Positions 18,201 to 26,844 of a stretch of 36,535 nt of DNA are shown here, piece after piece (position 1 is the stretch's first letter; each line of letters starts with the position of its first letter). The notes under the pieces are model-generated. The model was not told the origin of the DNA. It saw nothing but the letters and a program-made list of their open reading frames with translations, and made no database searches. The position numbers and the translations under genes are program-made. Location: assembly GCA_043800705.1 (NCBI GenBank), contig JAZDMS010000027.1, positions 1 through 36,535 on the forward strand, given 5' to 3'. Source of the stretch: Candidatus Altiarchaeota archaeon. GTDB taxonomy: Archaea > Altiarchaeota > Altiarchaeia > IMC4 > SCGC-AAA252-I15.

Positions 18201-19309
18201 TGGACTTCACATATCACATGCCCGTGAAGGTGCGGTTTGGGCTCGGCGTGCTGGGAGAGCTCGGCACGCATGCCAGGGGTTTCGGTGCGAAGCGGGTACT
18301 CATCGTCACAGGCAAGGGGTCGATGAAGAGGACCGGCATCCTCGATAGGGCGGTCGGACTCCTTGAGGGCTTCAACGTGGCGGTGTTCGACGAAGTCGAA
18401 TCCGACCCCTCCCTGAAGACCATAGATGAGGGCGTGTCTGCCGCGAAGGGCCGCGACCTCATAGTCGGCCTCGGCGGCGGCAGTGCGCTTGATGCTGCGA
18501 AGGCGATATCCGCGATATCGGCAAACGGCGGACCAGCATCTGAGTATCTCGCAGGCAGGAAGATCGAGAAGGCGGGGCCGAAGATCATCGCGATACCGAC
18601 GACAGCAGGGACCGCCAGCGAGGTGACGGAGGTCTCTGTCATGACGGACCGCGGCTCCAGGATCAAGAAGGCGATACGGAGCGCACACATGTATCCTGCC
18701 ATGGCATTAGACGATCCCGAACTCACGGTCACGATGCCTAAGGATGTCACGGCATCGAGCGGCCTTGACGCCATGGCGCATGCGGTGGAGGCGCTGGTCT
18801 CGCGAAAGAGCCAGCCGATACCGGACATCCTTTGCATGCAGGCAGCCAAGCTGGTGCTTGAGAACCTGGAGGACGCATACCGCGACGGCGCCGACCTGAA
18901 AGCGCGAGAGAACATGCTCTTTGCCAGCCTCATGGCTGGATTCGGCATAACTCACGCCGGCGCCGGCCTCGCCCACGGAATATCATACTCCCTCTGGAGG
19001 AAGGCGGGGACCGCGCACGGCCTGGCCTGCGGAATCCTCCTGCCGCATGTGATGCGGTATAACCTCGGCCATGAAGGCGGCAAATACGGGGTTTTAGCCG
19101 GTTTTTGCGGGTATAAAAACCCCGAAGACCTGATATGTAGGGTCGAGTCCTTGAATGCGGCGCTTGGCGTGCCTAAACGGATCGGTGTCCTCGGTATCGG
19201 CTCATCAGACATCGGTTTCATGGTTTCTGGAGTCGGAGGCGGCGTAATGGCGAATCCGAGGCATACCGACGAGGCGGCTTTGGCGTCGTTCATCGAATCG
19301 ATCTTATAA
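18197..19309 (+). CDS. Iron-containing alcohol dehydrogenase
   Basis: GGGSALDAAK, IPTTAGT.SE, and metal ligands in DAMAHAVE, GLAHG and AHG. Confidence 0.93.
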   Translation: MMDFTYHMPVKVRFGLGVLGELGTHARGFGAKRVLIVTGKGSMKRTGILDRAVGLLEGFNVAVFDEVESDPSLKTIDEGVSAAKGRDLIVGLGGGSALDAAKAISAISANGGPASEYLAGRKIEKAGPKIIAIPTTAGTASEVTEVSVMTDRGSRIKKAIRSAHMYPAMALDDPELTVTMPKDVTASSGLDAMAHAVEALVSRKSQPIPDILCMQAAKLVLENLEDAYRDGADLKARENMLFASLMAGFGITHAGAGLAHGISYSLWRKAGTAHGLACGILLPHVMRYNLGHEGGKYGVLAGFCGYKNPEDLICRVESLNAALGVPKRIGVLGIGSSDIGFMVSGVGGGVMANPRHTDEAALASFIESIL

Positions 19310-19310
19310 A

Positions 19311-19958
19311 ATGGTCAAGGCGGTATTTTTCGACCTGTGGAACACCCTCGTCTATTGCCCCACGAAGGAGAAGGTCGAGGAGATGGTATCGGCGCTGGGA
19401 CTGTCGGGCAGGATCGACTATTACGGATTCATCGAGGAGCTTGACAGGACGGTGTTCGTCGACAGCGAACTCGAAGTCGAAGAAGCACTCATAGGAATCA
19501 GCCGCAGATACGGGGCCGATCCGTCGGATACGCAGCTGAAGGCGGCATCAGACCTCTGGGGGAGCAGGCTCCAGGGCGCGGAATTCTTCCCGGACGTAAA
19601 GCCCGCCCTCGAAGAGCTGTCGAAGACCTACAGGCTCGGCGTCATATCCAACACCGACAGGAGCGGAGCCGAATACCTGAAGTCCAAGCCAATCTTCAAG
19701 GAATTCCACGTCACTGTCATGTCATGCTACGAGGGTTACGCAAAACCCGAAAAGGCGATATTCGAGGCCGCAGCCCACGGGATAGGGGTCAAGCCGTCGG
19801 ATGCCTGGATGGTCGGCGACAACCCAAAAGACGACGTTGAAGGCGCGAGGAAGGCGGGACTGAACGCGATCCTCATCGACAGGCTGGGCAGGCACAAGGC
19901 CGGCAAAGGATACCATGTCATACGGAGTCTCACAGAAATAAAGGAGGTCATAGAATGA
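19311..19958 (+). CDS. HAD-superfamily hydrolase (subfamily IA)
   Basis: FDLWNTL, ISN, KPEKAIF and VGDN..DD. Confidence 0.9.
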   Translation: MVKAVFFDLWNTLVYCPTKEKVEEMVSALGLSGRIDYYGFIEELDRTVFVDSELEVEEALIGISRRYGADPSDTQLKAASDLWGSRLQGAEFFPDVKPALEELSKTYRLGVISNTDRSGAEYLKSKPIFKEFHVTVMSCYEGYAKPEKAIFEAAAHGIGVKPSDAWMVGDNPKDDVEGARKAGLNAILIDRLGRHKAGKGYHVIRSLTEIKEVIE

Positions 19959-20170
19959 GAATCGCAATACACGACAAAGACCGGTGCAAACCGAAAGACT
20001 GCAATTTTCTTTGTATGAGGATGTGTCCCGTAAACCGCACAGGCGGAGAATGCATAACAGAGAGCCCGGAGACGAAGAAGCCGGTAATCAGCGAGGCCTT
20101 GTGCCAGCCTTTTAAGGCTGGCGAAGGAGGGACATTCGCTTCGCTCAGTCCCTCTGCTGGAGTGAGATAA
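19955..20170 (+). pseudogene. Truncated duplicate of the ABCE1 N-terminus (48 identical aa) with an unrelated hairpin-encoded tail
   Basis: 19955-20098 versus 20172-20315: identical peptide, 10 synonymous nucleotide differences. Confidence 0.8.
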
Positions 20171-20171
20171 A

Positions 20172-21884
20172 ATGAGAATCGCGATACACGACAAAGATAG
20201 ATGTAAGCCGAAAGACTGCAATTTCTTGTGCATGAGGATGTGTCCCGTAAACCGCACAGGCGGAGAATGCATAACAGAGAGCCCGGAGACGAAGAAGCCG
20301 GTAATCAGCGAGGCCATGTGCACAGGCTGCGGCATATGCGTCAAGAAATGCCCGTACGACGCGATAAAAATAATAAACCTCCCAGCGGCACTGGCGGAGC
20401 CCGTCCACCAGTTCGGAGTCAACGGATTCCGCCTGTTCAACCTGCCCATACCCCGGCCCGGAGTCACAGGCATCGTCGGATGCAACGGGATCGGAAAATC
20501 CACGGCATTGAAGATCCTCTCCGGGGAACTCGTACCCAACCTCGGCTCAGGCGCCGGGTGGGAGCAGGTGCTGGAGAGGTATCGCGGGACCGAGCTGTCC
20601 GAATACCTAAAAAAGCTCAGCGAGAAGAAGATCAAGTCCGTATACAAGCCACAATACGTGGAGTCGATACCCCGGTTCGTCAGCGGGATAGTCGGGGACA
20701 TACTCAAGAAGGCGGACGAGCGGGGGGTGCAGGACGCCCTCGTAGAGGCATTGGACCTGAAGAACACCATCTACAAGGACATAAAGGCGATAAGCGGCGG
20801 GGAGTTGCAGCGCGTCGCCATAGCCGCATGCCTGTCCCGGGACGCGGACGTCTACCTAATCGACGAACCCTCGGGCTACCTCGATGTGCGGGAAAGATTG
20901 AACGCGGCCAAGGCTATACGGACGCTCTCGGACAAGATAGTCTTCGTCGTCGAACACGACCTCGTAGTCCTCGACTACCTCAGCGACAACATGCACGTCA
21001 TCTTCGGGCAGACGGGAGCCTACGGGATAATCAGCAACATCATGGGTGTAAGGGTCGGAATCAACGAATACCTGGGGGGATTCCTCAGAAGCGAGAATAT
21101 GCGCTTCCGCGACGAGATAAAGTTCGGCGTGAAGCCGCCACATTCCACGAAGAAGAGGACGACCCTCGTCGAATACCCCGACCTGAGCAAGGACTTCGGC
21201 CAATTCAAGCTCGAAGTCGCCGCAGGCGAAATCAAGAGCCCGGACATACTCGGCATCCTCGGCCCCAACGCGACCGGAAAGACCACGTTCATGAAGATGT
21301 TGGCGGGGGCTGAGAAGCCGGACGAAGGGGCCGTCGACCTGAAGGTTAAAGTCTCATATAAGCCGCAATATATCCAGCCGAAGGAGGAACTCGTGGCCTC
21401 CCTGGGGCTGAAGGGGGAGATACTCGAGAAATTCAGACTCACCCACATGCTCGACAAGAAGATGTCGGAACTGTCCGGCGGAGAGCTGCAGAGGGTCGCC
21501 ATAGCAGACTGCCTCAGCAGAGAAGCCGACATATACATGCTAGACGAACCGTCCGCATACCTCGATGTTGAAGAGAGGCTTTCCCTCGCCAAATACCTCC
21601 ACGGCTTCGGATACGACAAGAAGGTGTCAGTCATCGTCATAGAGCACGACATACTCCTCATAGACTACCTGTCCGACGAGCTCCTGGTCTTCGAAGGCGA
21701 ATCCGGCATAAGCGGAAAGGCGAACCGGCCCCTTTCGATGCGGGATGGGATGAACCGTTTCCTCAAGCAGATGGACACCACCTTCCGCCGCGACCCGGAC
21801 ACAGGCAGGCCCAGGGCCAACAAGCCGGGCAGCGTAAAGGACAGGGAGCAGAAGGGCAGCGGGGAATACTACTACAGCAGATGA
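20172..21884 (+). CDS. rli: ABCE1/Rli ribosome recycling ATPase
   Basis: N-terminal two-cluster Fe-S domain, two ABC NBDs (GCNGIGKST, GPNATGKTT, SGGELQR) and the FRRD..GRPR.NK tail. Confidence 0.96.
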   Translation: MRIAIHDKDRCKPKDCNFLCMRMCPVNRTGGECITESPETKKPVISEAMCTGCGICVKKCPYDAIKIINLPAALAEPVHQFGVNGFRLFNLPIPRPGVTGIVGCNGIGKSTALKILSGELVPNLGSGAGWEQVLERYRGTELSEYLKKLSEKKIKSVYKPQYVESIPRFVSGIVGDILKKADERGVQDALVEALDLKNTIYKDIKAISGGELQRVAIAACLSRDADVYLIDEPSGYLDVRERLNAAKAIRTLSDKIVFVVEHDLVVLDYLSDNMHVIFGQTGAYGIISNIMGVRVGINEYLGGFLRSENMRFRDEIKFGVKPPHSTKKRTTLVEYPDLSKDFGQFKLEVAAGEIKSPDILGILGPNATGKTTFMKMLAGAEKPDEGAVDLKVKVSYKPQYIQPKEELVASLGLKGEILEKFRLTHMLDKKMSELSGGELQRVAIADCLSREADIYMLDEPSAYLDVEERLSLAKYLHGFGYDKKVSVIVIEHDILLIDYLSDELLVFEGESGISGKANRPLSMRDGMNRFLKQMDTTFRRDPDTGRPRANKPGSVKDREQKGSGEYYYSR

Positions 21885-21892
21885 CCGAGGAT

Positions 21893-23605
21893 TCAGAGCC
21901 TGAACCTTCCTCCTGCCACCGTGGGAGAGACCTTCAGTGAGACCCTCTCTAACAGCAATTTAGGATCGTAATCGTTGGCCCTGAAAATCTCGTATACTCC
22001 CGTTTCGATCATGCCGATGTGCAGCTGCAAGTCATCCCTTACGAAGCTGGAAATCCACCTAGTCCTCCCGGGCGCGATCTCGTCCCAGGCAAGCCTTCCG
22101 TCCTCCGTGATGGACGCGCCGCAATCGATCGCGAACGACAGCTTGCCGATGATCCTCTTTTGCATGCCCGGTTCAAGCATAGAGAACTGCTTCAAGGCTC
22201 CGCAGCTTAGGAGGATGCTTCCCAATCTGTCCTTAACGGTGTTGTTCTTCTTTGTTGCGGGCTTGCCTTCGACGCCAAGGCCGGATACTGCGACATAAGC
22301 CCGCAATCTGTCGCCGCTGCCGTCCCTAACGCAGATTTGGGGCGCGAGAGGTTCAGGGACGCCTTCGGCTGATCCGTCTGGCTTCCCTTCGGAGTCGACG
22401 CCTCTAGCGCAGATCAGTGAGATGGGGGCCAGCGACTCACGGATCATCCGCCCCCTATTCTTCATTAATTCGTCGTAATGCTTCAGCTTCCCGCGCAACT
22501 CCCTCACCGTCCGCGTTTTTTCGATGTGGGGCTCGGCCCGCAGTGCTGCGTACTCCTCGTCTGACAGGCAGTTTTTCGGCCAGTAGAAGTTGCCCGCATA
22601 CCTGACCAGGGGCACGCCAAGGTATGTCGCCTCCTTCTCGCTGAGGCCGCCGCCGTGCAGGAGATGAGGCCTCAACACCTGGTCGGAGATGCCGATCAGG
22701 GCTGCCAGCTTATCGACCGACAGATGCGTCGTCCTCGTCTTGGATTCGCCGGCATAGAAATCCCTCAATTCGTTCGTCTGCTGCGGATTGAAGAAGAGCG
22801 TCAACCTTCCGGCCTCCCTCGGGCCGTCGTATATTTTACCCTCCGACAATGAGACATAATCCCCTAATTTCCCGCCTTTCCTCTTGCGGCCGCGCGCGTA
22901 TGCGGCTATTGTCTTAGGTTTCAGGCCGAACTCCTCCTCGAGCTCCGCAGCGAAGGTGTAATCCCTGCATCCTTCGGGGAGCCTGCGCCTCACGCTCTCC
23001 CACCTGACTAGCCTCCCCCACGACCTGAGGAGGTCCTTGTCCGCTGCGAGCGCCTTGGGGACGTAGTATGTGGCCCTGTTTGAGGGCTTTGATCGCACGA
23101 CGTCCACGTTGAATATGTTGCAGACGAGGTCGGATCCTTCCGGCATGAGCAGGTTAAGCCAGCGGTGCGGCGTCGACGGGGACACCCCCAGTTTAGAAGC
23201 CACCCCCCCCAAGGGGGTGTAATCCTCCATCATTGACCTGGCGACTATGTAGTGCTCGTCGGTTAGCCTTTTCCCGCATTCGGTCACCAGCCGATAGCTT
23301 ACGTTCCCCCTGGCCTTCGCGACGAAGTCGCAGACGCCAGAGACCATGTCACGGTTGTTGAGGATGTATGTGCTGAGGGAGGTGTAGTCCAAGCCGTATC
23401 TCCTGCTTAGGGCGGCTGTGGTGAACAGGAGCGACTTTTCTCCGATGCCTTCTGGGACGTCCTCGCGACGGAATTCCATCGGCTTGATGTCAAAGACTTC
23501 CTTTCCACCCTCCTCCTTGATGCCGGTCACAATGTTCAGCCTCACTCGGCTGCCCTTCTCTCCCATGTATATTACGGGGAAATCCGGACCTATTAAGGCT
23601 TCCAA
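21893..23605 (-). CDS. Large hypothetical protein with several HTH-like segments
   Basis: 570-aa ORF containing VASKLGVSPSTPHRWL, LEEEFGLKPKTIAAY and LAALIGISDQVLR. Start uncertain (TTG at 23605 or the ATG 13 codons in). Confidence 0.6.
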   Translation of the reverse strand: MEALIGPDFPVIYMGEKGSRVRLNIVTGIKEEGGKEVFDIKPMEFRREDVPEGIGEKSLLFTTAALSRRYGLDYTSLSTYILNNRDMVSGVCDFVAKARGNVSYRLVTECGKRLTDEHYIVARSMMEDYTPLGGVASKLGVSPSTPHRWLNLLMPEGSDLVCNIFNVDVVRSKPSNRATYYVPKALAADKDLLRSWGRLVRWESVRRRLPEGCRDYTFAAELEEEFGLKPKTIAAYARGRKRKGGKLGDYVSLSEGKIYDGPREAGRLTLFFNPQQTNELRDFYAGESKTRTTHLSVDKLAALIGISDQVLRPHLLHGGGLSEKEATYLGVPLVRYAGNFYWPKNCLSDEEYAALRAEPHIEKTRTVRELRGKLKHYDELMKNRGRMIRESLAPISLICARGVDSEGKPDGSAEGVPEPLAPQICVRDGSGDRLRAYVAVSGLGVEGKPATKKNNTVKDRLGSILLSCGALKQFSMLEPGMQKRIIGKLSFAIDCGASITEDGRLAWDEIAPGRTRWISSFVRDDLQLHIGMIETGVYEIFRANDYDPKLLLERVSLKVSPTVAGGRFRL

Positions 23606-23617
23606 AGAATAATTATC

Positions 23618-23890
23618 ATGGCCGATGCAAGCGTGAAAAAACCATCTAAGGACGAATTGAAGAAGTTGGGTGTCGATTCCTGGGGCATCTGGGAGAAGGA
23701 GCCTTCCGAGTTCCCGTGGAGCTACTCGGAGAAGGAGACGTGCTATATCATCGACGGAGAGGCCGAAGTCACAGCCAAAGACGGCAAAAAGGCGTCATTC
23801 AAGGCCGGAGACCTCGTAGAATTCCCCGTAGGCCTGGAATGCACGTGGAAGATAAAGAAGCGGATTAGGAAGAGGTACTTGTTCGGGTGA
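23618..23890 (+). CDS. Cupin-domain protein (DUF861-like)
   Basis: WGIWEKE.S.FPW.Y..ETCYI..G and GDLVEFP.G..CTW. Confidence 0.88.
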   Translation: MADASVKKPSKDELKKLGVDSWGIWEKEPSEFPWSYSEKETCYIIDGEAEVTAKDGKKASFKAGDLVEFPVGLECTWKIKKRIRKRYLFG

Positions 23891-24021
23891 ACATATTGTG
23901 GCCTCTAGTCATTGATGATGCCCCCCAGGGAGTTTCCGCCGGATGAGCCCCTTCATGGTTTTGGCGTGCTGAACTCTGTCCTGGAGCACGGCTTTTTTCC
24001 TTGCCTTCCAAATATTTAGCG

Positions 24022-25680
24022 ATGTCTCCGGTTTCGGAAACAACTAGACGGCTTTCCAATCCTGCTGTTTCTGGCGATCATGTGCCCGACCCCTGGGCCG
24101 TCTCCGAAGGCGGCAGGGTAGGACAGGCTGAGGGTTCGGAGGTTTTATTTCTGACGAAAGGTGAGTCTTTTGGAATGCTCTGCATGGCCTCCGTCCTTGA
24201 GCACCAACAGATGGCTAAGGTTAGGCTCGCCAGTTTGTCGCCTGATATGACGATACTGATGTTTCCTCTACAGAAATGGAATGATCCGGACGGAGGAGTT
24301 GAGGCGAAGTTGTTTCAACGCCAGTATATGAGTGTGCGCGAACTTGGGGCGTTGCAAAGCCTAGAACGATCAAATGCCCGTAATAAGTATGTCTGCCTTT
24401 CGATGGATGCGGACGACATAGACTTGGTCTCGTATACGGTCGCGCTTTCAAGGATTAAATGCCCGTCGGCTGATGTGGTGGTCGGAGGTTCCGCAGTGAC
24501 TTTAAATCCCGAAGGCGCACTGGGCTATAGCGGAGCCGACTTTGCCATAATGGGAGAAGGCGAGCGCTCTCTACCTGATCTGGTGAGCCTTCTGGCAAGG
24601 TTCCCGCGCGAAAGGAGAGCGCAAAACCCCGGAGAATTCCTAGCCGAGTTTAGGAAGATTCCGGGGGCGTTTATGCGCGAGGGTTATAGGGTACTGTCAT
24701 CTGGCATTCGAGGAAACTTTTTGACTGTGCATGAGCTTGAGACCCAGCCATTGGACTATCGTTTGCTTGGCGACATGGTCAAAGAAGGAACCCTCCCCAT
24801 GATCACATCAAGGGGTTGCCCGTTCAGGTGCAGTTTCTGCCTGGGTCAAGACCTTTTCGGCTCAAGATTCAGGGCCTGGAGTCCGGAAAAAATACTGTTC
24901 GAACTGCGAAAGGTCTCCGGTTTGGAGTTCGGGCGGGAAGGATGGGCCCAGGAGTTCACGCTAGAGCAATATGGAAAGTTTAGGATAGATAATATCCAGT
25001 TCTGGGATGCGGACTTCCTGTTCAGTAGAAAAAGGGCTTTGGATTTTTTCAAGATGGTTTCTCGGGGTGATTTAAGAGATCGTTTCAGGTTTTCATTGCA
25101 GGCGGGTGTGGATTCAGCCATGACAGATCATGAACCGGATGTCGAGCTGATTGATGCGATGGCGAAAGCCCGGGTTGAATCCGTATCCCTTGGCGCAGAA
25201 AATCTCTCAGACTCGTTCATTGGAAGGAACAAGCTACCCGTCAGGTTCACCGCCGATGATGTTGTGGGGCTATCCTGCGCTTTGAGCGATGCCGAAATCC
25301 AGCCAAACCTCTATATTATATTCGGCGACATTGACTCGACCCCGGAAGAGATCAGGCAATCTCTGAGGAGAATAAGGGATCTGGCCCGCAAAGCCAAAAG
25401 ATTAAGGATTGTGATGGCACCGTGCATCATACCCTATTCGGGCACCGGCGCACACAAGACTATCCTACGAAGAGGGCTCCAAGGGCAATTAATGGCGGAA
25501 AAAAGGCATTTAGCAGACGGGCGAGCGGTCGAGTTTATATTCGGAGCAAGACCGATACACCCGGGCGTCTCAGCTGTAATCAAAGAGCTGGATTTAAAAA
25601 ACAACAAGTTCGAGGGCGAAGAACAGATTGTGGGCTTTTGCGGCCGGACACTAGCCCTGGTCGACAAACACTGCAAATAA
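24022..25680 (+). CDS. B12-binding-domain radical SAM protein
   Basis: VVVGG..T, GEGE, TSRGCPFRCSFC (CxxxCxxC) and LGAE. ATG at 24022 preferred over TTG at 24001. Confidence 0.85.
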   Translation: MSPVSETTRRLSNPAVSGDHVPDPWAVSEGGRVGQAEGSEVLFLTKGESFGMLCMASVLEHQQMAKVRLASLSPDMTILMFPLQKWNDPDGGVEAKLFQRQYMSVRELGALQSLERSNARNKYVCLSMDADDIDLVSYTVALSRIKCPSADVVVGGSAVTLNPEGALGYSGADFAIMGEGERSLPDLVSLLARFPRERRAQNPGEFLAEFRKIPGAFMREGYRVLSSGIRGNFLTVHELETQPLDYRLLGDMVKEGTLPMITSRGCPFRCSFCLGQDLFGSRFRAWSPEKILFELRKVSGLEFGREGWAQEFTLEQYGKFRIDNIQFWDADFLFSRKRALDFFKMVSRGDLRDRFRFSLQAGVDSAMTDHEPDVELIDAMAKARVESVSLGAENLSDSFIGRNKLPVRFTADDVVGLSCALSDAEIQPNLYIIFGDIDSTPEEIRQSLRRIRDLARKAKRLRIVMAPCIIPYSGTGAHKTILRRGLQGQLMAEKRHLADGRAVEFIFGARPIHPGVSAVIKELDLKNNKFEGEEQIVGFCGRTLALVDKHCK

Positions 25681-25762
25681 ATTGCCACATGGACTACAAG
25701 GCATTTGATGCCAGGATTGAGGGATAATCTAGGCTTGTATGGTTATCGTACCTATGAATCTC

Positions 25763-26206
25763 TCATTCGTATTCTGTTTTTGATTTGATTTTCATCGCAT
25801 CAAGGAATTCTTTGGGATTCAGTATTTTCGGCTTCTGGATTTTGCTTTTCAGGAAGTGGCGATTGAGCGAGACGAAGTAATCGGAGCCGGCCTCTTGTGC
25901 GGCGGAAAATAACGTGGCATCCTCTATGGAGAGCCCATACGTTTCTCGGTTATCCCTGGTTTTCTCATTCGCAGGTTTGGCGAAGACGACGTCCGGGATG
26001 TTGGTTATGAATTCCTCCACAAGCCACCCAGTATGTCTGGTGTAGGCGCGCCTGAAATAGGCACCGACCTCCTTCACAGTCAGGCCGGAGATGACCAACG
26101 CTATCCTGCCGGATAATGCGAGTTCGATGATTATCCAGCAGTTTGTGTTGTGGTTTTCTATCCCAATGTTGAAGATATTGGAATCCAGGAACGCTTTAAC
26201 TTTCAT
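25763..26206 (-). CDS. PIN-domain (VapC-like) toxin
   Basis: MKVKAFLDSNIF..E..EDA...FVSLNRHF. Start at 26206 overlaps the end of the antitoxin. Confidence 0.82.
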   Translation of the reverse strand: MKVKAFLDSNIFNIGIENHNTNCWIIIELALSGRIALVISGLTVKEVGAYFRRAYTRHTGWLVEEFITNIPDVVFAKPANEKTRDNRETYGLSIEDATLFSAAQEAGSDYFVSLNRHFLKSKIQKPKILNPKEFLDAMKIKSKTEYE

Positions 26207-26480
26207 CGCCTGCGAAGACCTCTTCCCGGATTCTCCTGCCTTCCTCGACAACATCGTCGACGGTCTTTGCAGCCACCTTACCGGAGATGTTCCTGTCAAC
26301 AAGCGCCAAGTATACTCTTGCCGGGTGGATTCTGCACACTTCGCTCTCGAGCAGCCGTCTGACGGCCTCTCGGATGAACTCACTTCTGCTTGTGAAGACT
26401 CCCTCCTTGACAAAAGCATCCACTTCATCAATCAGCGGTTTCGGGAACTTTGCAGGGATGCTCAACATCACATCAGCCAT
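26196..26480 (-). CDS. Ribbon-helix-helix (CopG-like) antitoxin
   Basis: IPAKFPKPLIDEVDAFVKEGVFTSRSEFIREAVRRLL; lies directly upstream of the PIN gene. Confidence 0.85.
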   Translation of the reverse strand: MADVMLSIPAKFPKPLIDEVDAFVKEGVFTSRSEFIREAVRRLLESEVCRIHPARVYLALVDRNISGKVAAKTVDDVVEEGRRIREEVFAGDES

Positions 26481-26527
26481 AAAAATACACTCTAGCATAC
26501 TATCATTATACCCTAGTATAAATATAT

Positions 26528-26812
26528 CTATCTCGTGTCGAGGCATTTGATTATGTGCCAGCCGAACTCGGTCCTGACGAGGCCTGACATGTCGCCTTTT
26601 TTAAGTGCGAACGCTGCATTCTCAAACTCCCTTACCATTTTGCCGCGGCCGAACCAGCCCAGGTCTCCGCCTTTGCGGCCGCTGGGGCATGTGCTCTTCT
26701 CCTGCGCCATGAGGGAGAAGCTCTTCTTCTGCGCCTTCAAATCGTTCAGTATCGTCTGAGCCTGGTCCTGGCCCTTCACCAGGATATGGGCTGCGTGGAC
26801 TTCCTTGACCAT
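26528..26812 (-). CDS. ppiC: Parvulin-type peptidyl-prolyl cis-trans isomerase
   Basis: AAHILVK, S.CPSG..GGDLGWF, MV.EFE..AF and TEFGWHII. Confidence 0.93.
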   Translation of the reverse strand: MVKEVHAAHILVKGQDQAQTILNDLKAQKKSFSLMAQEKSTCPSGRKGGDLGWFGRGKMVREFENAAFALKKGDMSGLVRTEFGWHIIKCLDTR

Positions 26813-26844
26813 GCTGAAGGATAGCGAACGCCCGAATATAAGGA

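Noticed and set aside
19955-20315. ABCE1 duplicate as a DGR template/variable repeat pair
   Set aside because: The differences are synonymous and not adenine-specific, and there is no reverse transcriptase in the window.
20228-21661. Long alternative-frame and antisense ORFs over ABCE1, and likewise over the A2M, aspS and ribosomal protein genes
   Set aside because: They are shadow ORFs expected from GC-rich codon bias and have no recognisable motifs.
26207-26431. Extended N-terminus of the PIN ORF
   Set aside because: It overlaps the RHH antitoxin in another frame. The PIN domain starts at MKVKAFLD (26206).
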